64,000 nt of DNA from an uncultured Anaerolineales bacterium (GTDB taxonomy: Bacteria; Chloroflexota; Anaerolineae; B4-G1), in NCBI GenBank assembly GCA_964575455.1, contig CAZNRX010000016.1, forward strand, positions 445 through 64,444. Direction: 5' to 3'. Shown one piece after another: positions 7,952-16,951 of the stretch (within the stretch, counting starts at the first letter, position 1; every line of letters starts with the position of its first letter). Below the pieces are notes generated by a model. The model ran no database searches. It worked only from the letters and a program-made list of their open reading frames with translations, and had not been told where the DNA came from. The position numbers and the translations under genes were made by a program.

Positions 7952-10087
7952 TTATTCCGAGGCGCGATAGGTCTCGATCAGCTCTGGCATGGTCTGCCAG
8001 ACGATGTCTCCTCGGTCGACGTACTCTTGCAGGCCTTCGAAGAAACCGTGCAGCAGTTGTTCGTCGATGGCCTGTCCGAAGCTCCACACGAAGAAGAAGG
8101 CGTTGATTTGGCCTGGTGCACGGGCTGCCAGGGCATCCTCAATGAGCTCGAGCGCGACATCCACATCCTCTTCGGTCATATCGTTGTGAGTGTGGGAACC
8201 GGACGCGAGCTTGGCCTCGTGGAGGCCGTGGATGGTGCCCACCGTGGGGACGATCAGCAGCCCGTTGTCGGCCGGCGTGGTCCAACTGCTGCCATCCGCG
8301 GCTCGCCAGGGATGGAGGGCCGCCGGGAAATCCCCTGGGTACGGGTCGTGACACATCCCATCACCGGGGCCCTCACAGGCCTGGATTTCCGGCGGCTGCT
8401 GCTCACCTGGGAGGGAGCGGAGGCAGTAGTTGACGATGCCAGACGTGGCCTGGATACCCACCTGACGGGCGGCGGTGACCCAGTCCAACTCGGAGCAGAT
8501 GCCGGACGCATGAACAACAGGGATGCCCATCGCTTCCATGTCGGCGCGCAGCTGGCGCAGCTGGGAGGTGAATGCCTCCTGGCCTCCGGATAGCCGGGGG
8601 TTGCCACCCAGATCGGCGTGGATGCCGACACCGTCCCCGCGCTTGTACAGCTCCTTCAGCACGTTCGGCTCGAAGGTGGCGCTGGGACCAATCAGGTTGG
8701 AGGTCTCCCAGGTGATGGGCATGTCGTACGCATTGGCCAGATTGGAGTAGGCCAAGATGCGCTCGCTGTATCGCTCGTATACCTCCTGGTTGTACCCGGT
8801 CAGGCTGTTCCCGAGCGGATAGCCCTCCAGGTGGACGGACAAGCCCACGTAGAGAGGGGGCATCTCGCTCGGCTTCGAAACCGGTGGTTGATCCTGCGCG
8901 GCGTAGGGCGGCTCGACGCCCTCGAGGAAGAAGATGTTGGGGCGAGCGTCGAAGTCCCGACGCCAGATGTCGACGGCCTCTGAGTAGGTGACGTAGGTTG
9001 CTCGGCCGGATTCAATCAAGGGCTTCAGCTGATCCAGCAGAGCCAGCAACTCCTGATGGCGCTGGAGGTCGAAGATGATGCTCTGCGGCACCGCGATCGA
9101 GGCGGTGTACATCTTGTCTCGGTCGATGGTCCCTTCCTCGAGTTGGTCCGCCGCCGTTTGCACGAACTCCGGGGTGGATCGCCAGCCTCTCTCGGCGCTC
9201 CAGTTGCCGTGCTCACCTGGGCCCACGTAGATCAAGGAGCCCTCGGCGTCGTGGCTCCAGAAGCTCTGGCCGGCTCCCTTGGGCCTCCAGATGCCGCTGG
9301 CGAGGTCATCCTTGCTGAAGTCCCCCAGGTGATGGTCGTGGCTGACGGCCAGGGTCAGGATCTTGGGATGCCAGGTGAAGTCGGGGTAGATCCATCCCGC
9401 CTCGCCCTGTGAGAGTCGGGCGAACTGGTCGGGCGCGTCCCAGACGAAGCCGCCGACGTTCTCACTGATGGACGGCGTGACCTGCTCGCCCAGGAAGCGG
9501 ATGTCGGCGTAGTTGTCCTGACCCTCCTCCCATCCTCCCTCCTGGTGAGGGTCGATTTCGAAGCCGTAGTGGGTGGATAGGTAGTCGATCACGTTCTGAC
9601 CGGCGGTGGCTGCCCGCATGGCGTCCGTCTCGCACGCCGATACCCCCTGGAAGAACTCGTACTCGACCTGCAGGTTGACGGCCGCTCCATGATTCGACAC
9701 GGCCTCTGCGAACTGGAGCAGCTTCTGCCGGAAACCAGGGTAGGCATCGCAGTTGGTGTAGACGGGCACGTCCTCGATGTGGCCGGCAACCGTCACGTAG
9801 ACGGGTGGGAGAGGCGCAGCCTCGCCCGCGGGTGTGGCAGCTTCGGCGGGCGCGCCGCAATCCTCGGGACAGGTCTCGGCATTCTCCGGCCCGTCGCACA
9901 CACCATCGCCGCAGCGCCTCTCGCTTTCCTCTTCTGTCTCCTTGGGCGGCGGCTGAGAGGGCGTGGATGTGGGCGCAATGACGGGCGTAGGGCTCGGCTC
10001 CGGGATAGGGAGCACGGACGCGACCTGGCACGCTGTGAGGGCGCACAAGGCCAGCAGGGCGACGGTCATCTTGGAAACACGGTACAT
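7952..10087 (-). CDS. secreted lipoprotein with Cys-rich CGDGVCDGPENAETCPEDCG module; function unknown
   Basis: Lipobox LTAC, then Pro/Thr/Ser linker, then a compact Cys-rich module followed by about 600 aa of unrecognised domains. Start may be the internal ATG (MTVALL). Confidence 0.6.
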   Translation of the reverse strand: MYRVSKMTVALLALCALTACQVASVLPIPEPSPTPVIAPTSTPSQPPPKETEEESERRCGDGVCDGPENAETCPEDCGAPAEAATPAGEAAPLPPVYVTVAGHIEDVPVYTNCDAYPGFRQKLLQFAEAVSNHGAAVNLQVEYEFFQGVSACETDAMRAATAGQNVIDYLSTHYGFEIDPHQEGGWEEGQDNYADIRFLGEQVTPSISENVGGFVWDAPDQFARLSQGEAGWIYPDFTWHPKILTLAVSHDHHLGDFSKDDLASGIWRPKGAGQSFWSHDAEGSLIYVGPGEHGNWSAERGWRSTPEFVQTAADQLEEGTIDRDKMYTASIAVPQSIIFDLQRHQELLALLDQLKPLIESGRATYVTYSEAVDIWRRDFDARPNIFFLEGVEPPYAAQDQPPVSKPSEMPPLYVGLSVHLEGYPLGNSLTGYNQEVYERYSERILAYSNLANAYDMPITWETSNLIGPSATFEPNVLKELYKRGDGVGIHADLGGNPRLSGGQEAFTSQLRQLRADMEAMGIPVVHASGICSELDWVTAARQVGIQATSGIVNYCLRSLPGEQQPPEIQACEGPGDGMCHDPYPGDFPAALHPWRAADGSSWTTPADNGLLIVPTVGTIHGLHEAKLASGSHTHNDMTEEDVDVALELIEDALAARAPGQINAFFFVWSFGQAIDEQLLHGFFEGLQEYVDRGDIVWQTMPELIETYRASE

Positions 10088-10096
10088 TGATCGACC

Positions 10097-10468
10097 TCAA
10101 CTTTGTCTTGATTCTCCGGGACGGCTGCTTTCAAGGCCGTCGAAGATGAGCCTGGTCAACAGCTCGGGCAGATCCTTCCATCCCGCCAGCGTCTCATCGT
10201 CCTCGAGAAAGCGGAGGATGATCAGGCCGATGAAGGTGCTGTGGAGCACCCGGCCAGTCAGGGATACGTCGACGGGCTCGATGGTCCCTCGTGCGATCTC
10301 GGCCTCGAGGTACTGCTCAAGAAGGGTGATCGTCGGCTGGAAGAACTCCTCATAGAAACGCTCCTGCAGCTCAGGGTTGACGAGCATCTCCGGGAGAGTG
10401 GCCTGGAAGATGCGGTGGTTTTGCTCAATCAAGTCGAGGTAGCGGGAAAAGGCTACTCGTGGCCGCAC
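10097..10468 (-). pseudogene. TetR-family regulator C-terminal (ligand-binding) domain fragment without HTH; likely truncated paralog
   Basis: The 123 aa product aligns with the C-terminal half of the full TetR at 55487..56230 (NHRIFQATLPEMLV.. versus NEPMLRAVISEILI..; LLTRLIFDGLE versus LSSFLLDGL). No HTH-encoding sequence is possible upstream because the kinase stop is at 10470. Confidence 0.5.
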
Positions 10469-10469
10469 C

Positions 10470-13061
10470 TTATGCCTGCCGCAGCGTGAAGAAGAACGTA
10501 CTTCCTTCGCCGACCTTGCTGTCTACGCCGACCTTTCCACCAAGCTTGTCCATGATGCGCTGGACGATGGAGAGTCCCAGCCCGTGCCCCTCAGCCTTGA
10601 CTTGGTGGAGACGCGTGAACGGCGTGAATAGGCGGGCCTGTTCCTTTGGGGTCAGCCCCTGACCATTGTCGCGCACCCAGAAGCGCACAGTGCCGTCGGG
10701 CTGGGGGGTGGCGCCCAGCTCCACGCGGGGAGGGCGGCCGCCGTACTTGATGGCGTTGCTCAAGTAGTTGGCCCATACCTCCTCGATCCAGGCGGCGTGG
10801 CCCATGGCTGTGGGCCATTTATCCGGCATGACGATCTCGGCGCGGTGCTGTTCAATCAGATACGCGAGGCGGTCCTGGGCGGCGGCCACGATCGGTGCCA
10901 TGTCCAAGGGTTTCGTGGCGACCTCTCCACGCCGCACTTCCGAGAGTAGGAGGAGCTCTCCGATGATGTTGTTCATCCGGTCGGCCGTGGCCACAATAGT
11001 TGCTAGCGCTTCCTGCCGGACGTCGCCCGGCAGGCTCTCATAGTCGTCGCCCAGGAGCTCGGCATAGCCGACGAGGTGCTGCAAGGGATTCTTCAGATCG
11101 TGGGCCACTGTGTGCGCGAAGGCGTCCAGTTCCTCATTGCGCGCCTCCAGTTGAGTGGTGTATTGGCGCAGAGCCTCTTGCGCCTCCTTGAGCTCGCTGA
11201 TGTCGGTGTAGACGGCGACCGCGCCGGCAAAGTCTCCCTCAATGAGGATGGGGGAGCCGGCCACGAGGACATCGACCGGTGAACTGTTCTTCCGGTAGCG
11301 GGTGGTCTCCACGGGCGCTAGCCTCTCGCCGCTCATGACGGCTTGGGTGAAGCCGGTTGCCTGCTCCAGTGCGGCTGGCGTGGTGATCAGGGGATCGAGA
11401 TGCTGACCGACGACCTCGTCGCTGGTGTAGCCAAACAGCCTCTCTGCGCCGGCGTTCCACTCCACGATACGATGGTGCGCGTCGAGGGTGACGATGGCGT
11501 CGGGGGCGGCCGACAGCAGGCCCTCCAGGTAGAGGCGGCGCTTCCTCGACTGGTTGAAGAGACGAGCGTTCTCGACAGCCACCCCAATTTGCTGGCCGAT
11601 GATGGTCAGCAGGGCGTGGTCGGCTTCCGACATAGAGCGGGGTTCACGGTCGAAAAGGCAGAAGGTGCCGAGGACCTGGTCCCTATGGACGATGGGGGCG
11701 CCGGCGTAGGCCTGGAGACCCAAGCGAAGCAGGCCCTCGACATCCGCAGGTCCTCCCTGGCGCAGGTCTTCGAGGTCCAGAGGCTCGCCTTTCCGGTAGA
11801 CGACGTCGCACAGGGTGCCCTCCAGCCCGCGGGTTTCGAGTGACTGGGTGAGCGACGTTGGAAGGCCAGCGTGGCTGAACAGCGCCAGCCTATCCGTCCC
11901 TTCATCGGCCAGGGTGATCAAGCCACCTGTGAAGCCGAGGGCGTCCATGGTGCTCGAGAGTGCCTCATCAAGGCGTTCGTGGAGATCCATCGAGCTGGCC
12001 AGCGCCCGAGCCACCGCGTTGCGAGCCATAAGATCGCGGTTCTGACGCTGCAGCGCTTGCTCTGCCTGCACACGTTCGGTGACGTCTCGGAAGATCCCGC
12101 GCGTGGCGACGGGGGTGCCGTCCTCGAAGCGGCAGTTGATGTTGCCCTCGACGATGATCTGCTCGCCATCCTTGGCGACAAACGTCGCCTCCACGCGTTG
12201 CGAGCACTCCTCCTCGGTGAGGCGCTGCAGGATGGCCCGGCAGTGAGCCTGGCTATCGGGGTGGATGACATTGAAGATGGAGAGCTCGTCGAGCTCCTCC
12301 TCGCTGTAGCCCAGCGTCTCGTGCCAGGCGCGGTTAGCGTAGAGGATCGATCCATCGGGGGCCACGCTCTGCACCAGATCGTTGGCGCTGTGCAGCAGGT
12401 CGCGATAGCGTCGCTCGCTCTCCTGCGCAGCCTCTAGTGTGGCTTCCAGCTCCTTCTTACGCTTCTCGTCGCGGCTGCGCAGGCGCTGCATCCGCCGGAG
12501 ATTGCGAAGCCGCGCGGCGTGGATCAGCGCGGAGAGCACCGTGGAGGAGAGCAGAGCGATGCCGAAGTGGAGCGAAGTGGGTGAGGGAGCAGCGGCGAGC
12601 GAAGGATGCGCCAGTACCGCCGCGCCCCAACCGGTAAGGGTGGTGGAGATGAGAGCGACAAGCCACGCGGTGGATAGGAAGAGGGATCCCGCTCCGACGA
12701 TCAGCAGCAGGAGGTTGGTCGTCTGCTCAAGATCAGCCGTCAGAATGAGGTGGAGCAGGCTGTTGACCAGCACCAGCCCGGCGATGCCGGCCCCGATGGC
12801 GTGGGCCCAGCGAGGAGCGATTGAGCCGCGCCTCAGCAGGACGGTCAGGCCAAACAGGATGAGGGACGTGCCAGCTGCCACAGGGCTCATCACGGCGGCC
12901 GTGGCCTGCGGCAGCACGAGCAGATGGCTGATGGTGAACGCCAGGTACAGACCACCCAGTCCGACCGAGACCGAGGGCAGGCTTCTTAGAACGACGTGCT
13001 TGGGTCTGAAAACGGTATCCGAGTCGGCGGTTCCAGGCTGTGGCGGCTGTCTCCGTGCCAT
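10470..13061 (-). CDS. multi-domain sensor histidine kinase (N-terminal multi-TM domain, PAS, GAF, PAS, HisKA, HATPase_c)
   Basis: Hydrophobic N-terminus, PAS/GAF-like central regions, H-box (VAHDLKNPL) and C-terminal ATPase with G-boxes (DNGQGL, GHGLGLSIV). Confidence 0.85.
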   Translation of the reverse strand: MARRQPPQPGTADSDTVFRPKHVVLRSLPSVSVGLGGLYLAFTISHLLVLPQATAAVMSPVAAGTSLILFGLTVLLRRGSIAPRWAHAIGAGIAGLVLVNSLLHLILTADLEQTTNLLLLIVGAGSLFLSTAWLVALISTTLTGWGAAVLAHPSLAAAPSPTSLHFGIALLSSTVLSALIHAARLRNLRRMQRLRSRDEKRKKELEATLEAAQESERRYRDLLHSANDLVQSVAPDGSILYANRAWHETLGYSEEELDELSIFNVIHPDSQAHCRAILQRLTEEECSQRVEATFVAKDGEQIIVEGNINCRFEDGTPVATRGIFRDVTERVQAEQALQRQNRDLMARNAVARALASSMDLHERLDEALSSTMDALGFTGGLITLADEGTDRLALFSHAGLPTSLTQSLETRGLEGTLCDVVYRKGEPLDLEDLRQGGPADVEGLLRLGLQAYAGAPIVHRDQVLGTFCLFDREPRSMSEADHALLTIIGQQIGVAVENARLFNQSRKRRLYLEGLLSAAPDAIVTLDAHHRIVEWNAGAERLFGYTSDEVVGQHLDPLITTPAALEQATGFTQAVMSGERLAPVETTRYRKNSSPVDVLVAGSPILIEGDFAGAVAVYTDISELKEAQEALRQYTTQLEARNEELDAFAHTVAHDLKNPLQHLVGYAELLGDDYESLPGDVRQEALATIVATADRMNNIIGELLLLSEVRRGEVATKPLDMAPIVAAAQDRLAYLIEQHRAEIVMPDKWPTAMGHAAWIEEVWANYLSNAIKYGGRPPRVELGATPQPDGTVRFWVRDNGQGLTPKEQARLFTPFTRLHQVKAEGHGLGLSIVQRIMDKLGGKVGVDSKVGEGSTFFFTLRQA

Positions 13062-13138
13062 CGTTCCTCCTAATCAAGGTAGAAGTCATATGCCGGTCTG
13101 CACTACACAGAGTATACCACAAAGAGGTGCCGCTGTCT

Positions 13139-13177
13139 GTAGGAGACATCCTACGTTTGTGTAGGACTCATCCTACA
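13139..13177. promoter_or_regulatory. two adjacent palindromes of the form GTAGGA-N4-TCCTAC, upstream of the histidine kinase
   Basis: GTAGGAGACATCCTAC and TGTAGGACTCATCCTACA lie 6 bp apart in the kinase 5' region. Confidence 0.3.
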
Positions 13178-13236
13178 AAGGAGCCGAGCGGGGTCGACCG
13201 CCGGCCGGTGACTACGTCGACCCGGAGGGCCTGGCG

Positions 13237-14073
13237 CTATCTCCGGTCGGGGGCCAGCCTCTTCAGCACATCTCTCAAGGCCTGAAGGGTCGGTCCACGC
13301 CCGGCCATGACGACGTCGTTGCCTGGTCCCCCTTTGACCATAGGAGCGTAGTCAATGGGGCTGCCGCTTAGGTGTCGCAGGTCCTGCCCCTGGGCTCGGT
13401 TGATGGCGTGAGCCGCTGCGATGTCCCAGATGTGGACGCCCGGGCCTTCTAGGGCGCCGATGACGGCGGGGTAGATCAGATGGAAGCAGAGATGGAGAGC
13501 GGCGCTGCCGATCCCTCTGATCTTCCCGATGTAGCCGCTCAGGTCGAGCTGCTTGTGGATCCGGGAGGTGACCATCAGGTTGGAGCGGGTGGAGATGGAC
13601 CGGGCTGGTCGCGGCGGCGGAAGCGCAGATCCGTTCAGCGTGGCTCCACGATTACCATTGGCGACGATGAGCAGGTCGAGTCGGGGGGCGAAGATGACAC
13701 CTGCGATGGGGGTCAGGTCACCGTCAAGCAGACCCACGGAGACACACCAGCCAGGCATACCTTGACTGAAGACGTCCGTGCCGTCGATGGGGTCGACGGC
13801 GAAGGTGAGCGCCTTCTCCGGATCGAAGGGATGCCGCGATTCCTCGGTGACGATGTTGGCCTGCGGGTGAAGGGGGCTGATGCGCTCGACCAGGAAGTCC
13901 TCAACCCTGCGGTCGGCCTCGGTGACGACAGAGTTGTCGGCCTTGTAGGTGCGGTCCGAGAAGGCCATGGCGCGCTGTTCCTGCAGGGCTATCTGGCCCG
14001 CCGCTTGGACGTGCGCTATGATATCTGCTACAATGCTGGTTACCTTGTGTCCCTTGGGCACGACTGCCTCCAA
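13237..14073 (-). CDS. inositol monophosphatase family protein (IMPase/CysQ/HisN-type phosphatase)
   Basis: Metal-binding motifs EESRHPFDP, VDPIDGT, WDIAAAH. Confidence 0.8.
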   Translation of the reverse strand: MEAVVPKGHKVTSIVADIIAHVQAAGQIALQEQRAMAFSDRTYKADNSVVTEADRRVEDFLVERISPLHPQANIVTEESRHPFDPEKALTFAVDPIDGTDVFSQGMPGWCVSVGLLDGDLTPIAGVIFAPRLDLLIVANGNRGATLNGSALPPPRPARSISTRSNLMVTSRIHKQLDLSGYIGKIRGIGSAALHLCFHLIYPAVIGALEGPGVHIWDIAAAHAINRAQGQDLRHLSGSPIDYAPMVKGGPGNDVVMAGRGPTLQALRDVLKRLAPDRR

Positions 14074-14164
14074 TCTACGCCTGACGATCGCCAGTGGATT
14101 GTATCACTGAAATCGGTTTCTCGCGAGGTAGCTGTTCACCGTGGGTGTCCATTCGGCGGGGCGC

Positions 14165-14192
14165 TTGACGTCGGCCTTTTATGTGATAGCAT
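14165..14192 (+). promoter_or_regulatory. candidate sigma70 promoter
   Basis: TTGACG - 16 bp - TAGCAT, followed by an AAGGAG RBS before the ATG at 14240. Confidence 0.3.
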
Positions 14193-14239
14193 AGACGTGA
14201 ATATGGTTAATCATCAGAGGGACGTGTAAGGAGTGGTCC

Positions 14240-14752
14240 ATGCCCAGAAGAATCTACCTGCTCATTGTTTTCGTGCTGGCGACAACTGTTCTGGCTCAAG
14301 GATGTGGGCCGGCTGCGACCGAGGTCAGCACTGCCGCACCTGTTGCCACGGAACGTCCGGAGCCAACGGCTACGGCGGAAGCGACGGAGGCCACCGAGGT
14401 TCCCGCGACGGAGGAGCCCACGGCCGAGCCGACGGAGCCGGAGCCCTCGCCGACGGAGCCGGAGCCTTCACCGATGGTCACGCCGGAGCCGGAGGCACCG
14501 ACGGCCACAGCGGAGCCGGAGGAGCCGGCCGCGACGCCCGAACCGACCGCTGAGCCCGCTGAGCCGGAGGGCCAGGTGCTGCTTGAGGCGCGCTGCACGG
14601 CGTGCCACGGTCTGGATCGGGTGGAGAGTGCGCAGAAGTCCCGCGAGGAGTGGGTGGCCACGGTGGATCGCATGGTGGACTACGGGGCGCAGCTTTCTGA
14701 GTCCGAACAAGGGGTCCTTCTAGACTATCTGGTGGATACGTACGGTCCGTAG
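14240..14752 (+). CDS. lipoprotein with Pro/Glu/Thr/Ala-rich low-complexity linker and C-terminal CxxCH (c-type heme-binding) module
   Basis: Signal peptide with lipobox LAQGC, then a long PEPT/ATAE-rich spacer, then a C-terminal 60 aa with CTACHG and a downstream Met (DRMVDYG). Confidence 0.65.
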   Translation: MPRRIYLLIVFVLATTVLAQGCGPAATEVSTAAPVATERPEPTATAEATEATEVPATEEPTAEPTEPEPSPTEPEPSPMVTPEPEAPTATAEPEEPAATPEPTAEPAEPEGQVLLEARCTACHGLDRVESAQKSREEWVATVDRMVDYGAQLSESEQGVLLDYLVDTYGP

Positions 14753-14837
14753 ATTCGGGTTGGCTTCAACTGTCCGGTAGGCGGGGATCTGGCGATCCCC
14801 TGGGAGCGGAGGGGCTGTGGCGCTGGGGGCACGTCGG

Positions 14838-15668
14838 CTAAGACGCTCTCCGGAGCACCAGCGCGACGTGGTCACCCCAGAGCCGCCAGGGCCAGCAGTG
14901 GCGCAGCTGACGCTCCAGACGGCCCAGGGTGCGGAAGAGACCCCTATACCTTCGGAAGATGGCGTCCAGATAGGGCGGCGGCAAGAGCAGGGGAAGCGAG
15001 AGCGTCCGCTCGATGGCGAAGGCGGGGAAGAAAGCCTGCCTCACGTCTCGAACAGAGATGTAGCGCGTGGCCACGGAGACCTCGACGTCCTCGGTGCCGG
15101 CGACGGGCGCGGCCCGCCAACCCGGGTGGAGGCGGCGGAAGGCCACGCGTGGGCGGCCGTGGAGGAGGAACCAGGCCATCTCGAAGGGGCAGCAGCGTCC
15201 CATCACCGAGCAGACGAAGGCACCGCCCGGCCTGATCAGGCGGGCCAGCACCGCGCCGAGTTGCTCAAGATGGGGTTCACAGTTCAGGGCCCCGAAGCTA
15301 GCGTAGGCGCCGTCGAAGGGGGTTGGTGGTTGCAGCGCACCCATGCCGGCGGCTGGCGCGGCCAGCGCTGCCACGCGGTCGTCCAGGTCGGCGGCCCGCG
15401 CTTTGGCCAGCGCCAATGATGCCATCTTCGGGGAGATGTCCGTGGCCAGCACGCGTCGCCCAGATCTCGCCAGTGCAAGGGCTTCTTCTCCAGTGCCGCA
15501 GCCGATCTCCAAGAGGTAGCTGACAGGGGGGAACGTCGCCTTCAGCAGCGTCAGGCTCTCCTGGCGCATCCACGTCATCACCGCGTTCCCCTGCGGGCCG
15601 TAGACTGCGTCGTAGTGCGACGCGACGGCATCGAAGGCGCGCGCTGTGTCCAGGTAGTCTGGCTTCAT
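14838..15668 (-). CDS. class I SAM-dependent methyltransferase
   Basis: Motif I LEIGCGTGE. True start is the internal ATG at 15668, which overlaps the flippase stop; the 5' extension of the tracked ORF is a high-GC artefact. Confidence 0.8.
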   Translation of the reverse strand: MKPDYLDTARAFDAVASHYDAVYGPQGNAVMTWMRQESLTLLKATFPPVSYLLEIGCGTGEEALALARSGRRVLATDISPKMASLALAKARAADLDDRVAALAAPAAGMGALQPPTPFDGAYASFGALNCEPHLEQLGAVLARLIRPGGAFVCSVMGRCCPFEMAWFLLHGRPRVAFRRLHPGWRAAPVAGTEDVEVSVATRYISVRDVRQAFFPAFAIERTLSLPLLLPPPYLDAIFRRYRGLFRTLGRLERQLRHCWPWRLWGDHVALVLRRAS

Positions 15669-16951
15669 CGACACTCCTCCTCCTTCCACAGTGCCCGTCG
15701 GGCGAGCACGGAGAGCAGCGTCCAGAGCAGCCAGGCTGAGAGTAGAGCGACCGCGCTGACGCCGAGCGTACTCCAGCGAGGGATGACGAGCAGGTTGAGC
15801 CCCACGTTCACGAGCCCCACGATTGCCATAGCCCCCGTCACCGAGCGCTGACGCCCCAGGGCATAGAGGGTGTGGCCGTTGAGGAGGTAGAGAAACATGG
15901 CGGGGATGGCCCAAACCTGGATGCGAAAGGCCGTCACGGCGCTCCCGTACGCCTGCGTGCGCCCGTAGACGAGGGGCACGAGCGTCCCGGCCAGGGCGGT
16001 GCCCACAGCGGAGAGCAGCAGGCCACCGGCCAGGAGGAACGGTCCGGTGCGACGGACCAACCGGCGCAGCCGTCTGTGGCCCACGCCTTCCTGCGCCAGG
16101 CGCGCCATCTCGGGGAACGTGGCATCCAGTAGGCTGGCGGGGATCAAGCCCACCGCCTCCCACAGCCTGTAGGCGGCACCGTATTGGCCCGCGGCCACGT
16201 CCCCCTGCCAGGCGCTGAGCAGCACGACGTCCAGGCGTCGATAGGCCATGGCGATGATGCCCGTCACGGCGAAGGGATAGGCATCCGACAGAGCGTCCCC
16301 CCATTGGGCAGCAGCAAGGCGTAGACGAGGCAGCAGATGCCAGGATCGGAGGACGGCGCCGTAGATGAGGACGCCCACGGCATCTGCAGCCGCCGTGCAG
16401 ACCAGCACGCCAGGGACGCCGAAACCACCCTTGAGAGCCGGCACCGCCCCCGCCAAGGTGAGCAAGCGGGCGGCGACGTCGATGGCGCTGGCGATGTCCA
16501 TCCGCTGGCGGCCGTTGAAGAAGCCGTTCAGGATCCCTGAGGCTGCTTTCGGCAGCAGGGACAACGCGCCCAAGTATAGGAGGGGCTGGGTCTCGGCGGG
16601 GAGCAGCGGGACCCAGGCTAGACCGACCAGTACGCCCGCACCCAGAGTGGCCAGCGCCATGCGAAGGGGAAGCAGATCCCCCAGCAGCCGCTGTCGGCGG
16701 GAGGACAAGCGCTGGCGGGCCACTTCGCGCGTCAGGAGCATGCTCAGGCCTAAGTCGGTGATAGCTACAGCGAGCCCCACGACAGTGGTGATGAGGACGT
16801 AACGTCCCAGCCCCGCTGATCCCTCATGGCGGGTGACCAGCGCCAACAGGATTAAGGAGAGCAGCTTGGCCACTACCTGAGCGGCGAGCCGCGCGGTGGC
16901 ATTCCTGCCGACTCGGACGATGGTCTGGCGGGTCTCGACAGCCTGATCCAT
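15665..16951 (-). CDS. polysaccharide biosynthesis protein / Wzx-like oligosaccharide flippase
   Basis: 428 aa with 12 or more predicted TM segments and a PF01943/PF13440-like profile. Overlaps the neighbouring genes at both ends. Confidence 0.75.
   Translation of the reverse strand: MDQAVETRQTIVRVGRNATARLAAQVVAKLLSLILLALVTRHEGSAGLGRYVLITTVVGLAVAITDLGLSMLLTREVARQRLSSRRQRLLGDLLPLRMALATLGAGVLVGLAWVPLLPAETQPLLYLGALSLLPKAASGILNGFFNGRQRMDIASAIDVAARLLTLAGAVPALKGGFGVPGVLVCTAAADAVGVLIYGAVLRSWHLLPRLRLAAAQWGDALSDAYPFAVTGIIAMAYRRLDVVLLSAWQGDVAAGQYGAAYRLWEAVGLIPASLLDATFPEMARLAQEGVGHRRLRRLVRRTGPFLLAGGLLLSAVGTALAGTLVPLVYGRTQAYGSAVTAFRIQVWAIPAMFLYLLNGHTLYALGRQRSVTGAMAIVGLVNVGLNLLVIPRWSTLGVSAVALLSAWLLWTLLSVLARRALWKEEECR

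Noticed and set aside
15669-16304. N-terminal 212 aa extension of the methyltransferase ORF
   Set aside because: Overlaps the flippase gene in another frame. The internal ATG at 15668 gives the ATGA coupling and a normal-length class I methyltransferase.
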